Source: an uncultured bacterium (lineage in GTDB: Bacteria > Zhuqueibacterota > QNDG01 > DTFT01). From it: a DNA stretch of 64,000 nt. The stretch covers positions 12,757-76,756 of the forward strand of contig CAVTNR010000021.1 in the NCBI GenBank assembly GCA_963736115.1, given 5' to 3'. Numbering within the stretch: the stretch's first letter is position 1; every line of letters starts with the position of its first letter. Positions 10,710-19,680 of this stretch are shown piece after piece. The notes under the pieces are model-generated. The model was given only the letters and a program-made list of their open reading frames with translations, ran no database searches and had not been told where the DNA came from. Position numbers and translations under genes: made by a program.

Positions 10710-11435
10710 TCATGTTGCGACCAGGGCTCCGTCGGACAGAACGGGCACGGTCTGAAATGCGTCCGTTGACACGCAGGCCGGTATGTCCGCCCCGAACCCG
10801 AGTCCGGTCAGATAAACGCCGTGCGCCGATCCTGCGGCCATGCCCGTCAGGTCGTCCGCGAACCGGCGATGCAGAACCACCGCGACGCGGGCTTCATCGG
10901 ACAGCGAACAGCCGTTTCCCGCAAGCCTCCGGATCGCGCCGGCCAGCATGCCCGCGGCCGTGGCGTCTTCAAGCGAAAACGCGCCGTCCCTGCCCGCGCA
11001 GGCCAGCAGGATGTCTTCCTTTCCGTCCGCCAGACGGCGGCTGACCGCGCCGGCATTGACGAACCCCGCGACACAGACCGATTTGGCGCCGCGGGCCGCC
11101 TGCACGATCATCCGCGATCCGTTGGTGCTCGCGAATAGAAGGGTTTTCCCGGACACGCGGCCGGCCGAATACTCGGCCGGCGAATTGCCCAGATCAAACC
11201 CCCGGATGATCAATCCCTCCCGCTCGCCGCAAAGAAGCGCGCGGCCGGCCGGAAATTTCTCTTTGAGGCCGACAGCCTCTTCCGGCGAAGCCGCGGGGAT
11301 CACGGCTGCGGCCCCGTTGGAAAGGGCGGTGATGATGGATGTCGACGCCCGCAGTACGTCAATGACGGCCACGCGGCCCGTAAAACCGGCCTTGATCGAC
11401 CAGTCTCCGGGTGACAGCAGAACGTCTATGCGCAT
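10710..11435 (-). CDS. comB: 2-phosphosulfolactate phosphatase family protein
   Basis: VIDVLRASTSI, LCGER, GFDLGNSP, STNG and FSLED motifs. Confidence 0.9.
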   Translation of the reverse strand: MRIDVLLSPGDWSIKAGFTGRVAVIDVLRASTSIITALSNGAAAVIPAASPEEAVGLKEKFPAGRALLCGEREGLIIRGFDLGNSPAEYSAGRVSGKTLLFASTNGSRMIVQAARGAKSVCVAGFVNAGAVSRRLADGKEDILLACAGRDGAFSLEDATAAGMLAGAIRRLAGNGCSLSDEARVAVVLHRRFADDLTGMAAGSAHGVYLTGLGFGADIPACVSTDAFQTVPVLSDGALVAT

Positions 11436-11443
11436 GGCCCGTG

Positions 11444-12592
11444 TCAGATCAGGAATTCAGCCATCTTCCGCCTCGCCGTCAGGCTGACGAACGGGATCGG
11501 AACGGTGAGGCCTTCGAGGAGTGTCCCGGTTTCAGGCTGGCGGAAACCGAGCGGAACGCCGTTGTCCAGCGGCCGCGTCGATTCGAGAAATCCGATGGGC
11601 GTGTTGTTCAGGGACGGCGCAATCACGCCGCTCAGCACGGAACCGATCGTCACCCCTTCCAGAACGGCTTCCCATCCGGGCATCGCCTTTCTGCGGCCGT
11701 TCATGGAAAAGGGCAGAACCCATCGATCGTTCGGACGGTCCGCGGCCAGGGCCGCGCCGCCGAAAAAGTCCTTCTCCGCCCGCATGGCGAATTCCCATGG
11801 ATGCCCGACCGCGGGCCGGTCCGGCCTGAGCTCGTGGCCGTGCAAAGGAAGGCCGGCTTCCACGCGGAGCGTGTCCCGGCTCCCGAGACCGCAGGCCAGT
11901 ATGCCGTGCTTTTTTCCTTCGGAAAGAAGCAGATCCCAGAGCGTTTCCGCCTGGGAGGATTCCGCGTACAATTCAAAACCGATCTCCCCGGTATAACCTG
12001 TCCGCGAGAGCAGGACGTCTATGCCCCCGACGGAAACCGACTGCAGGAATCTGAAATACTTGAGTTCCGTCAGTACGGATTTCGGGATGAAGCGGGAGAT
12101 TAAAGCGGGTGCCGCGGGCCCCTGGAGATCCAGCTTGGCCGTGACCGCGCTCCGGTCTTCGACGCGGCAATTGAAGTCCGCGGCCCGGGTCCGGATCCAC
12201 GCCAGGTCCGCTGAGATATTGCCCGCATTCACCACCAGCATGTAATCATCCGCTCCGAACCGGTACAGGATGCAGTCGTCGATGACGCCGCCCGATTCGT
12301 TCAGCATGAAATGGTACATGGCCTGGCCGTCCGCGGCCTGATCGACCCGGTTGGTCAGCAGGCCTGACAGAAACCGGCCCGCGTCCGGGCCTGAAATGCG
12401 GAACTCACCCATATGGCAGATGTCGAAAAGTCCGCATGCCTTACGGACAGCCATGTGCTCAGCGGACTGGCCCGTCGGGTACCAGAGAGGCAGAATCCAG
12501 CCCGCGAAATCCCCCATTCTGGCTCCGGCCGCAATATGGCGGTCATACAGGGGGGTTTTCAGGGGCTGACTTGATTTTCCCGTCGTTTCCAT
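11444..12592 (-). CDS. gcvT: Glycine cleavage system aminomethyltransferase T
   Basis: KTPLYDRH, FAGW.LP, GLFDICHMGE, SRTGYTGE.GFE and CGLGSRDTLRVEAGLPLHG. Confidence 0.93.
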   Translation of the reverse strand: METTGKSSQPLKTPLYDRHIAAGARMGDFAGWILPLWYPTGQSAEHMAVRKACGLFDICHMGEFRISGPDAGRFLSGLLTNRVDQAADGQAMYHFMLNESGGVIDDCILYRFGADDYMLVVNAGNISADLAWIRTRAADFNCRVEDRSAVTAKLDLQGPAAPALISRFIPKSVLTELKYFRFLQSVSVGGIDVLLSRTGYTGEIGFELYAESSQAETLWDLLLSEGKKHGILACGLGSRDTLRVEAGLPLHGHELRPDRPAVGHPWEFAMRAEKDFFGGAALAADRPNDRWVLPFSMNGRRKAMPGWEAVLEGVTIGSVLSGVIAPSLNNTPIGFLESTRPLDNGVPLGFRQPETGTLLEGLTVPIPFVSLTARRKMAEFLI

Positions 12593-12604
12593 TTGATTAT
12601 TTAA

Positions 12605-12633
12605 AATTTACGTAAAACGGCCGTTTTTGTCAA
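12605..12633 (-). promoter_or_regulatory. Sigma70-type promoter for gcvT with a palindromic spacer
   Basis: Minus strand TTGACA (12633-12628), 17 nt, TAAATT (12610-12605). The spacer contains the perfect palindrome AAAACGGCCGTTTT. Confidence 0.7.
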
Positions 12634-12739
12634 ACGATTTCTATCCCGGTTTATTCTTCGGGCGGTCTGATCGATATGCACCATTCATTTTCAGACCTAA
12701 CTCTTTTTTTGAGGCGCCGATTTTAATAAAACTTCCGGG

Positions 12740-13792
12740 TTATTTATTGAATATGTCATTGTACGTGACCAGCAGAATCAGGCCGATGAGCAGAACCATT
12801 CCCGCCTGCTGAATGATCATTTTCACGCGCACCGGTATCTCTTTCCGGATGATTCCTTCGATGCACAGGATCAGGATATGTCCGCCGTCCAGAACCGGGA
12901 AAGGCAGAAGATTCAACAGGCCGAGATTGAGGCTGAGCAGAGCCATCAGGTAGAACAGCGACCCCATGCCCTGTCTGGCGCTGTCCCCCGCGAGCTGGGC
13001 GATCTTGACCGGCCCGCCGAGGGTTTTCAGGGAATCCTGTCCGGTGATCAGGCGGAACAGGGAAACCGCAATGAGCCGTGTGATGTGCCAGCAGTACTTC
13101 GCCGACTCCACGAAAGCCGCGGGCCATCCGATTTTAACAACTTCCGATTGAGCCTGTATGCCGATCAGCCCCACGGGACGGCCGTCCAGCGTATCCTGAG
13201 CCGGGGTGATCAGGGCCGCGCGGAGCGAATCACCGGACATCCATTCGATCCGGAGCGTCCGGCCGGGCGCGGAATGGATCAGGGCCGTGAGTTCCTCCCA
13301 CGTGGCCACGGAATCGCCGTCCACTGCCGTGATTCGGTCGCCCGGTTTCAGCCCGGCCGCGGCCGCGGGCCTGCCTTCGGTCACGATCCCGATCGTCGTT
13401 CCGCTGATTCGGGCGACGCCCTGGAAACGCGCGAACCCGGTCAGTATGAAATACGCCAGAAGCAGGTTCATGAGGGAGCCGGCCAGCACCACGATCAGCC
13501 GCTGGACCCAGGGCTTGGATCGGAATTCCCACGGCTGGGGCGGACCCTGCACCGCTTTTGCGTCCAGGCTCTCGTCGACCATTCCCGCGATCTTCACATA
13601 ACCGCCGAAGGGAATGGCGGATATGCAGTAGTCCGTGTCGCCCCTGCGCTTTCCGAACAGCCTCGGCGGATAGCCCATGGAAAACCGCTCCACGCGTATG
13701 CCGAATCCCTTCGCGGACAGAAAATGTCCGAGCTCATGTACGAACACGAGCACGCTGAGAACAAAAATTGTGGCCAGTAAAGTGATCATCAT
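12740..13792 (-). CDS. rseP: RIP metalloprotease RseP
   Basis: HELGH, PFGGYVKIAG, a PDZ domain and NLLPFPVLDGG. Confidence 0.95.
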   Translation of the reverse strand: MMITLLATIFVLSVLVFVHELGHFLSAKGFGIRVERFSMGYPPRLFGKRRGDTDYCISAIPFGGYVKIAGMVDESLDAKAVQGPPQPWEFRSKPWVQRLIVVLAGSLMNLLLAYFILTGFARFQGVARISGTTIGIVTEGRPAAAAGLKPGDRITAVDGDSVATWEELTALIHSAPGRTLRIEWMSGDSLRAALITPAQDTLDGRPVGLIGIQAQSEVVKIGWPAAFVESAKYCWHITRLIAVSLFRLITGQDSLKTLGGPVKIAQLAGDSARQGMGSLFYLMALLSLNLGLLNLLPFPVLDGGHILILCIEGIIRKEIPVRVKMIIQQAGMVLLIGLILLVTYNDIFNK

Positions 13793-13817
13793 TTCCTCGA
13801 CGAATGTGAAAACAGGT

Positions 13818-14993
13818 TCAGGATGCGGACTTCACCTTCGATGCCTCCTGCCGGACGAAATCGCGGGCCCACCGGTCGGCTTCAAGAATGCCGGTCAGAT
13901 CCGGATCCGCCGTGTTTCGGTGTCCGTTGAGCGCCGCTTCCAGGAGTCTCGGGATGTCCGTGAAACCGACTGCGCCGGAAAGAAATAAACCGACCGCTTC
14001 CTCGTCCGCCGCATTGTAAACCGCCGTGGCTGTTCCCCCCGCGGCCAGCGCCTGATAGGCCATTTTCAGCGCCGGAAAACGCTCCGTATCCGGCGGCAGA
14101 AAAACCAGGGGTCCGCACTGCGTGAAATTTAGGCGGCCGAAATCATGCGCCAGCCGTTCCGGATAAGACAGGGCGTGACTGATGGGGATGCGCATGTCCG
14201 GAATTCCGAGCTGGGCCTTGACCGAGCCGTCCGCGAATTCCACCATGGAATGGATGATGGATTGCGGATGCACGACCACTTCGATCCGTTCCGGAGGAAC
14301 GGCGAACAGCCATCTCGCCTCAATGACCTCGAGCCCTTTGTTGGCCAGAGTGGCGGAATCGATCGTGACCTTGCGGCCCATGGTCCAGTTCGGATGGGCC
14401 AGCGCCTGGCCGGGCGTCACGGACGCCAGGTCCGCGGCCGGCGTGCGGAGAAAGGGCCCGCCCGACGCCGTGAGCAGGATGCGTCGGATGGAGGCGGGGT
14501 CCTCCCCTTCCAGACACTGGAATACCGCGCTGTGCTCGCTGTCCACGGGTATGATCGAAAGGCCCCGGCCGCGGATTTCCCGCATGACCAGGTCACCCGC
14601 CATGACGAGCACTTCCTTGTTCGCCAGAGCGATGGACACCCCGGCCCTAACCGCGGCCAGCGTCGCTTCGAGACCCACGGATCCGACCAGCGCGTTCAGC
14701 ACCATTTGCTCCGCGCCGCGGGACGCGGCTTCCAGAAGCCCCTCGCGTCCCAGCAGGAGCTCCGTGCCGTTTTCGCGGAACGCCTGCTGAAAGGAAGCGG
14801 AATCCCCGGCCGGGCCGGTCAGCACCGCGGTCGCGGGCCTGAGCTTTTTCGCCTGCTCCAACAGCAGGCGGCCGTTGGCGTGTCCGGTCAGCGTGACGAC
14901 GCGGAAACGGTCCGGATGACGCAGAATGACATCCACCGCCTGGGTGCCGATGGACCCGGTGGAACCCCAGATGGAAACGGTTCGGGCCGTCAC
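13818..14993 (-). CDS. dxr: 1-deoxy-D-xylulose 5-phosphate reductoisomerase
   Basis: GSTGSIG, LANKE, PVDSEHSA, LTASGGPF and HPNWTMGRKVTIDSA. Confidence 0.97.
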   Translation of the reverse strand: MTARTVSIWGSTGSIGTQAVDVILRHPDRFRVVTLTGHANGRLLLEQAKKLRPATAVLTGPAGDSASFQQAFRENGTELLLGREGLLEAASRGAEQMVLNALVGSVGLEATLAAVRAGVSIALANKEVLVMAGDLVMREIRGRGLSIIPVDSEHSAVFQCLEGEDPASIRRILLTASGGPFLRTPAADLASVTPGQALAHPNWTMGRKVTIDSATLANKGLEVIEARWLFAVPPERIEVVVHPQSIIHSMVEFADGSVKAQLGIPDMRIPISHALSYPERLAHDFGRLNFTQCGPLVFLPPDTERFPALKMAYQALAAGGTATAVYNAADEEAVGLFLSGAVGFTDIPRLLEAALNGHRNTADPDLTGILEADRWARDFVRQEASKVKSAS

Positions 14994-15781
14994 GGCCGGG
15001 TTCCGGTTCCGGAGAGCGCGTGATCCGGAACGGCTTTTTGCGCCAGACGCTCCTCCTCATCGGTCAGTGCCGCGGTCTCGAAACGGATCCGGAAAACCGA
15101 TTCGAATCCGGAGCGGACCGCGGATGCGACAGCTTCAAAAGACACTTCGCGACCCGTGAACGCCGCGATGGAAACCGCCGGGTCCTCGGCGACGTGTCCT
15201 CCGGAAAGGTAATCCCCCAGCCGCCGGTGTCCGCCGCCGGTGAGAATCGATCCGTGCTGCAGCACTCCCGGGGGCCCGACTTTCTGCGCGCTTCCCACAA
15301 GTTTGCGGCCGTCGAGCAGAATTTCCCAGCGCGCCGCGGAATTGAAACAGCTCATCGCCGCGGAAGGATCACGGGGAGAGGGCGGACGGCCCGATCGCTT
15401 CTCGTAAGTCACCGGAAGGCCCAGGCCGGAAAGGCCTAGGACAATGGCCTCGCTGACATTCCGATAAAGATCCTGTTTCGGCAGGCCGCCCGTTTCGCTT
15501 TCGACCGGGAAGACAACCGCATACGTGATTTCGTCCGAGTGCAGAACGGCCCGTCCACCCGTCGGCCTGCGGACGACATCCACGCAGTCCCGACGGCAGG
15601 CGGGATAATCGACGTTGCTGTCCCGCTGATGGATTCCGAGGGAAAGGCAGACGGGTTTCCAGCGGTACATCCGGACGGTGGGTACATTCAGGCGGGAGGG
15701 GTTTTCCAACAGGACCGAGTCAACGGCCATGTGAAACGCGCCCGCGGCCTCCCCCCCGTCCATCCATCGCCAGGCCCGCAT
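14990..15781 (-). CDS. Lipoate-protein ligase/octanoyltransferase (LipM-like) family protein
   Basis: MAVD..LL, VRRPTGGRAVLH, EITY, GRKLVGSAQ and LQHGS motifs. ATG 15781 chosen; the track start is 15802. Confidence 0.85.
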   Translation of the reverse strand: MRAWRWMDGGEAAGAFHMAVDSVLLENPSRLNVPTVRMYRWKPVCLSLGIHQRDSNVDYPACRRDCVDVVRRPTGGRAVLHSDEITYAVVFPVESETGGLPKQDLYRNVSEAIVLGLSGLGLPVTYEKRSGRPPSPRDPSAAMSCFNSAARWEILLDGRKLVGSAQKVGPPGVLQHGSILTGGGHRRLGDYLSGGHVAEDPAVSIAAFTGREVSFEAVASAVRSGFESVFRIRFETAALTDEEERLAQKAVPDHALSGTGTRP

Positions 15782-15788
15782 GACGGCG

Positions 15789-16562
15789 TTATCGGATGAC
15801 ACCCCGTTCGCTCTTGTCGATGAATTCCAGAACGACCGACACCTCGGGCGTCAATTCCATCTCGTTCCGGATGCGGTCGAGCGCCTGGCTGGTGTTCAGC
15901 TTGGACTGGTAGACGAACCGGTAGCAGCGGCGCAGGGCCGCGATGGCTTCCTGGGAGAACCCGCGCCTTCGGAGGCCGACGATGTTCAGCCCCTTGTACG
16001 TCAGGGGCTCGCCCGCGGCCAGGATGTACGGCGGGACGTCCTGCACCACGCGGAATCCGCCGCCGATGAAGGCGTGCTGGCCGATCCTGCAGAACTGATG
16101 CACGGGCGACATGCCGCCGACCGACACCCGGTCCTCGATTGTGACGTGGCCCGCGAGCTGGACGGCGTTCGCCAGAATGACCTTGTTCCCGACCCAGCAG
16201 TCATGCGCCACGTGCACATAGGCCATGAGAAAGCAGTCTTCCCCGATTTTACTGCTCCCGCGCTCATGCGTGCCCCGGTTCAGGTCGCAGAACTCGCGGA
16301 CCACGGTCCGATCGCCGATCTCGAGCACCGTTTCCTCGCCCGCGAACTTGAGATCCTGGGGAACGGACGACACGACGGAACCGTTGTGGATCTGGACCTG
16401 CCGTCCGATCCGCGCGCCGTTGGCGATATAGCAGTGCCCGTGAATCCGGGTCCCTTCGCCGATCTCCACGTCCTTTTCAACGATGGAAAAGGGCCCCACG
16501 GTGACGTTGTCCGCGAGCCGTGCGCCCGGATCGATGATGGCGGTTGGATGAAGCGTGGTCAA
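15789..16562 (-). CDS. lpxA: UDP-N-acetylglucosamine O-acyltransferase
   Basis: HPTAIID, hexapeptide repeats, PQDLKF, MAYVHVAHDC, HQFCRIG and GLNIVGLRRRG. Confidence 0.97.
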   Translation of the reverse strand: MTTLHPTAIIDPGARLADNVTVGPFSIVEKDVEIGEGTRIHGHCYIANGARIGRQVQIHNGSVVSSVPQDLKFAGEETVLEIGDRTVVREFCDLNRGTHERGSSKIGEDCFLMAYVHVAHDCWVGNKVILANAVQLAGHVTIEDRVSVGGMSPVHQFCRIGQHAFIGGGFRVVQDVPPYILAAGEPLTYKGLNIVGLRRRGFSQEAIAALRRCYRFVYQSKLNTSQALDRIRNEMELTPEVSVVLEFIDKSERGVIR

Positions 16563-16584
16563 CGGTCCTCCTGGTATGGGTGGG

Positions 16585-17982
16585 TCAGCGGTTGACGATG
16601 CCGGCCATCAGTTCCGCCTCGCATACCAGCTCGCCGGACACGTAGGCTTTTCCGGCCATCTTGTATGAACTGGCCCGCGAGCGTACCAGAGACACTTCGA
16701 TCTGGATCTGGTCGCCGGGCACGACGGGTTTCCTGAATTTCACCTGGTCGATGGACATGAAATAGGCGAGCTTCTTCTCCGGCTCCTCGATGGAGTCGAG
16801 GATGAGAATGGCGCCCGTCTGGGCCATGGCCTCCACGATGAGCACGCCCGGCATGATGGGATGCGAGGGAAAATGACCGACGAAGAACGGCTCGTTCATG
16901 GAGACGTTCTTGATGCCGATCACCCGCTCGCCCGGAATGAGGTCCACGATCCGGTCGACGAGCAGGAACGGATAGCGATGGGGCAGGATGCGCTGGATGG
17001 CCTGGGCGTCCAGAAAAACGCCCTTCTTCGCCGGCTGGGTCTGGTACTTGCTGGTGATCTGTTTTTTCTTGTAGATCTTGCGGATCTGCTTCACCAGCTC
17101 GACGTGCGCGGCATGACCCGATCGCGCGGCCATGACGTGGGCCTTGAGCGGCCGTCCGATGAGGGCCATGTCGCCGATCAGGTCGAGCGTTTTGTGCCGG
17201 ACGGGTTCGTTGGGATGCCGCAGTTCCTTTCCGCCCAGAATGCCGGTCGATCCGGGTACGATTTCATCCTTCAGCCCGAACTTCTTCGCGAGCGCCTGGA
17301 GCTCGCTGCCTTCCAGCTTCCGGTCGATGATGACCACCGCGTTCCCCAGGTTGCCGCCCTGGATGAGCCCCTTGTCGTGAAGGGCCTCGACCTCGTGGAG
17401 GAAGCAGAAAGTCCGGGCCGACGCGAACTCCTTCACGAACTCGTCCGTCAGTGAATACATGGACGTGTACTGCGTGCCGAGCGCCGGGTTCTGGTAGTCC
17501 ACCATGAACGTGATCCGGAAATCATCCGAGGGGAAGACCACCATGTCGATGCCCTTCTCCTTGTCCGAGTAGGCGATGGTCTCCTCGATGGTCAGATAAT
17601 CCTTCGGGGAATCCTGCTCCTCGAATCCGGCCTGCTGCAGAATCTCGACAAATGGCATCGCGCTGCCGTCCCCGACGGGAGGCTCGTTGGAATCGAGCTC
17701 GATGACCACGTTGTCGATTTCGAGCCCGTACACGGCGGCGAGAACGTGCTCGACCTGGCGGATCTGCACACCGGCCTTGCCGATGGTGGTGTCCCGCTGA
17801 TTGTCAACCACGTGATCGATATCGGCCGGTATCTCCGGTTTCTCCGGCAGATCGACGCGCCTGAACCGGATGCCCGTGTTCGCGGCGGACGGCCTGAACG
17901 TGACCGTGGTGCTGTTCCCGGTATGCAGTCCGGTGCCGGACAGGGAACAGGGTTTGACGATCGTGCGCTGGTTCTTCAGCAT
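16585..17982 (-). CDS. lpxC/fabZ: Bifunctional LpxC deacetylase / FabZ dehydratase
   Basis: LpxC motifs QRTI..GTGLHTG, VEH, ARTF and HKTLDLIGD, fused to FabZ motifs LPHRYPFLLVD and GHFP..PIMPGVL.EA. Confidence 0.97.
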   Translation of the reverse strand: MLKNQRTIVKPCSLSGTGLHTGNSTTVTFRPSAANTGIRFRRVDLPEKPEIPADIDHVVDNQRDTTIGKAGVQIRQVEHVLAAVYGLEIDNVVIELDSNEPPVGDGSAMPFVEILQQAGFEEQDSPKDYLTIEETIAYSDKEKGIDMVVFPSDDFRITFMVDYQNPALGTQYTSMYSLTDEFVKEFASARTFCFLHEVEALHDKGLIQGGNLGNAVVIIDRKLEGSELQALAKKFGLKDEIVPGSTGILGGKELRHPNEPVRHKTLDLIGDMALIGRPLKAHVMAARSGHAAHVELVKQIRKIYKKKQITSKYQTQPAKKGVFLDAQAIQRILPHRYPFLLVDRIVDLIPGERVIGIKNVSMNEPFFVGHFPSHPIMPGVLIVEAMAQTGAILILDSIEEPEKKLAYFMSIDQVKFRKPVVPGDQIQIEVSLVRSRASSYKMAGKAYVSGELVCEAELMAGIVNR

Positions 17983-19019
17983 GCGGATTCGGATTCCTTT
18001 TCTTTCGGTTCAAGCCGGTTGATGAGACGCCGGATTTCCTTCATCCAGCTCGGCAGATGGCGGACCGCCGCCTGGACTCGCATTTCCTCCCGGTGCGGCC
18101 TGGCCGGTGACCCCGATATCATGACCCCGCCGGGCACGGACTTATCGACCCCCGCCTGGGCGGCGATGGTCGCCCCGTCCCCGACCTGGAGATGGCCGGC
18201 GAAACCGGCCTGCCCTCCGATGCGCACGCCCCGGCCGAGAACGGTGCTTCCGGAAAGCCCGACCTGCGCGGCGATGGCCGCATGCTCACCGATCACGCAG
18301 TTGTGCGCGATCTGGATCAGGTTGTCGAGTTTGGCGCCCTTTCGGATTCGGGTCTCTCCCAGCGTCGCGCGGTCGATGGCCGTGTTGGCCCCGATTTCCA
18401 CATCGTCCTCGATGACGACCGTGCCGACCTGGGGGATTTTCTGGTACCGGCCCCCTTCGAACGCGAAGCCGAACCCGTCGCTCCCGACCACCGTGCCGTC
18501 GTGAATGATCACGCGGTCCCCGACGACAACCCTTTCCCGCAGGCTCACATTCGCGTGGATGACGCAGCGCTTCCCGACGGACACGTCGTCTCCGAGCACC
18601 GCGCCCGGGAGCAGTTCGGTGCCGTCGCCGATAACACATCGGGCTCCGACGACCACGCGGGGTCCGATACGCACGTCCGCACCCATCCGGACGCCGTCTC
18701 CGACGACGGCCGTGGGATGGACGCCCGGCGCGACAAAGGGTTTTTCCGGAAAGAATGCGCGGACAATGAGGAGAAACGCGAAATAGGGATTCTCCGCGCG
18801 GATAACGGGACGGCCCTCGGGCGCGTCCATGCCTTTCGGCACGACGACGGCCGAAGCCTTCGTGGAGGCCAGAAAATGCGCGTATTTGGGATTCGCGACA
18901 AAGGTGATCTGGCCCGGGCCCGCATCCTCGATTGTGGCGGGTCCGGTGATGGTCAGACCGCCGTCCCCGGTCAGCTCCCCCCCGGAGAGAGCCGCCAAAT
19001 CACGGAGTGTCCGCGTCAT
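17976..19019 (-). CDS. lpxD: UDP-3-O-acylglucosamine N-acyltransferase
   Basis: GSDGFGF, KIPQVG.V.IEDDVEIGAN..IDR and KLDNLIQIAHNC. Confidence 0.97.
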   Translation of the reverse strand: MTRTLRDLAALSGGELTGDGGLTITGPATIEDAGPGQITFVANPKYAHFLASTKASAVVVPKGMDAPEGRPVIRAENPYFAFLLIVRAFFPEKPFVAPGVHPTAVVGDGVRMGADVRIGPRVVVGARCVIGDGTELLPGAVLGDDVSVGKRCVIHANVSLRERVVVGDRVIIHDGTVVGSDGFGFAFEGGRYQKIPQVGTVVIEDDVEIGANTAIDRATLGETRIRKGAKLDNLIQIAHNCVIGEHAAIAAQVGLSGSTVLGRGVRIGGQAGFAGHLQVGDGATIAAQAGVDKSVPGGVMISGSPARPHREEMRVQAAVRHLPSWMKEIRRLINRLEPKEKESESAC

Positions 19020-19025
19020 GGCGGT

Positions 19026-19592
19026 TCAGTTTTTGGGCTTGGACGCGGCGGCCGAAGAAGCGCTTTCCTTTTCCAGTCTGGCCAGAATGTCCGCGGTCAG
19101 GTCATGCGACGGTTTCGCGTAAAGCAGATTTCCGGCCTGCGTGTCGAAGATGAAATCATAGCTGCCTTCCTCGCCGACCTTGTTGATGATCTCGTTGATC
19201 TTGTCAAAAACCGGCTGGAGGAGCTCGCCGCGGCGCTGGAAGAACTTGCCCTGGTCGCCCCAGTGATCCTGCTGGTACTGCTGGGCCTTGAGCGCCAGAT
19301 TCTGAAGTTCCTGGGCGCTTTCACGCTTCTTGGCGTCGGAAAGCAGGAGGCTCTGCTGTTCCAGCTTCTGCTGCATGGTCTGCAGGTCTTCCTGCATCTT
19401 CTGGAGCTCCTGAACCCACTGGGTGTTTTCCCCGTCCAGCTTTTTCTGCGCGTCCAGGGCGGGGCCGTAACTGGCGAGAATCCTGGGCGAATCGACATAG
19501 GCCATTTTAGCCTGTCCTGCGGCGGTTCCGGCCAGGGCCGCTCCGAGAAGAATCGCGAGAACGCGGGCTTGGGTCTTGGAAAAATGCGACAC
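19026..19592 (-). CDS. skp: Periplasmic chaperone Skp/OmpH
   Basis: GTG 19592 with AGGAGG RBS; signal peptide, KMAYVD, long coiled coil, YDFIFD...LLYA...DLT; located between bamA and lpxD. Confidence 0.92.
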   Translation of the reverse strand: MSHFSKTQARVLAILLGAALAGTAAGQAKMAYVDSPRILASYGPALDAQKKLDGENTQWVQELQKMQEDLQTMQQKLEQQSLLLSDAKKRESAQELQNLALKAQQYQQDHWGDQGKFFQRRGELLQPVFDKINEIINKVGEEGSYDFIFDTQAGNLLYAKPSHDLTADILARLEKESASSAAASKPKN

Positions 19593-19680
19593 GATGGGTC
19601 CTCCTATATGGGTATTCAATTGTTCAGTGCTGTGCGGGCGCAGCCGCCGGGACGGATCGCGGGACGCCGCGGGCCGCGGC

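Noticed and set aside
12593-12739. Glycine riboswitch upstream of gcvT
   Set aside because: The predicted promoter lies immediately before the start codon, and no aptamer motif is visible in the gap.
16585-17982. LpxC-FabZ fusion as a novelty
   Set aside because: This fusion is well known in Bacteroidota/Chlorobiota and relatives; it is useful only as a taxonomic hint.
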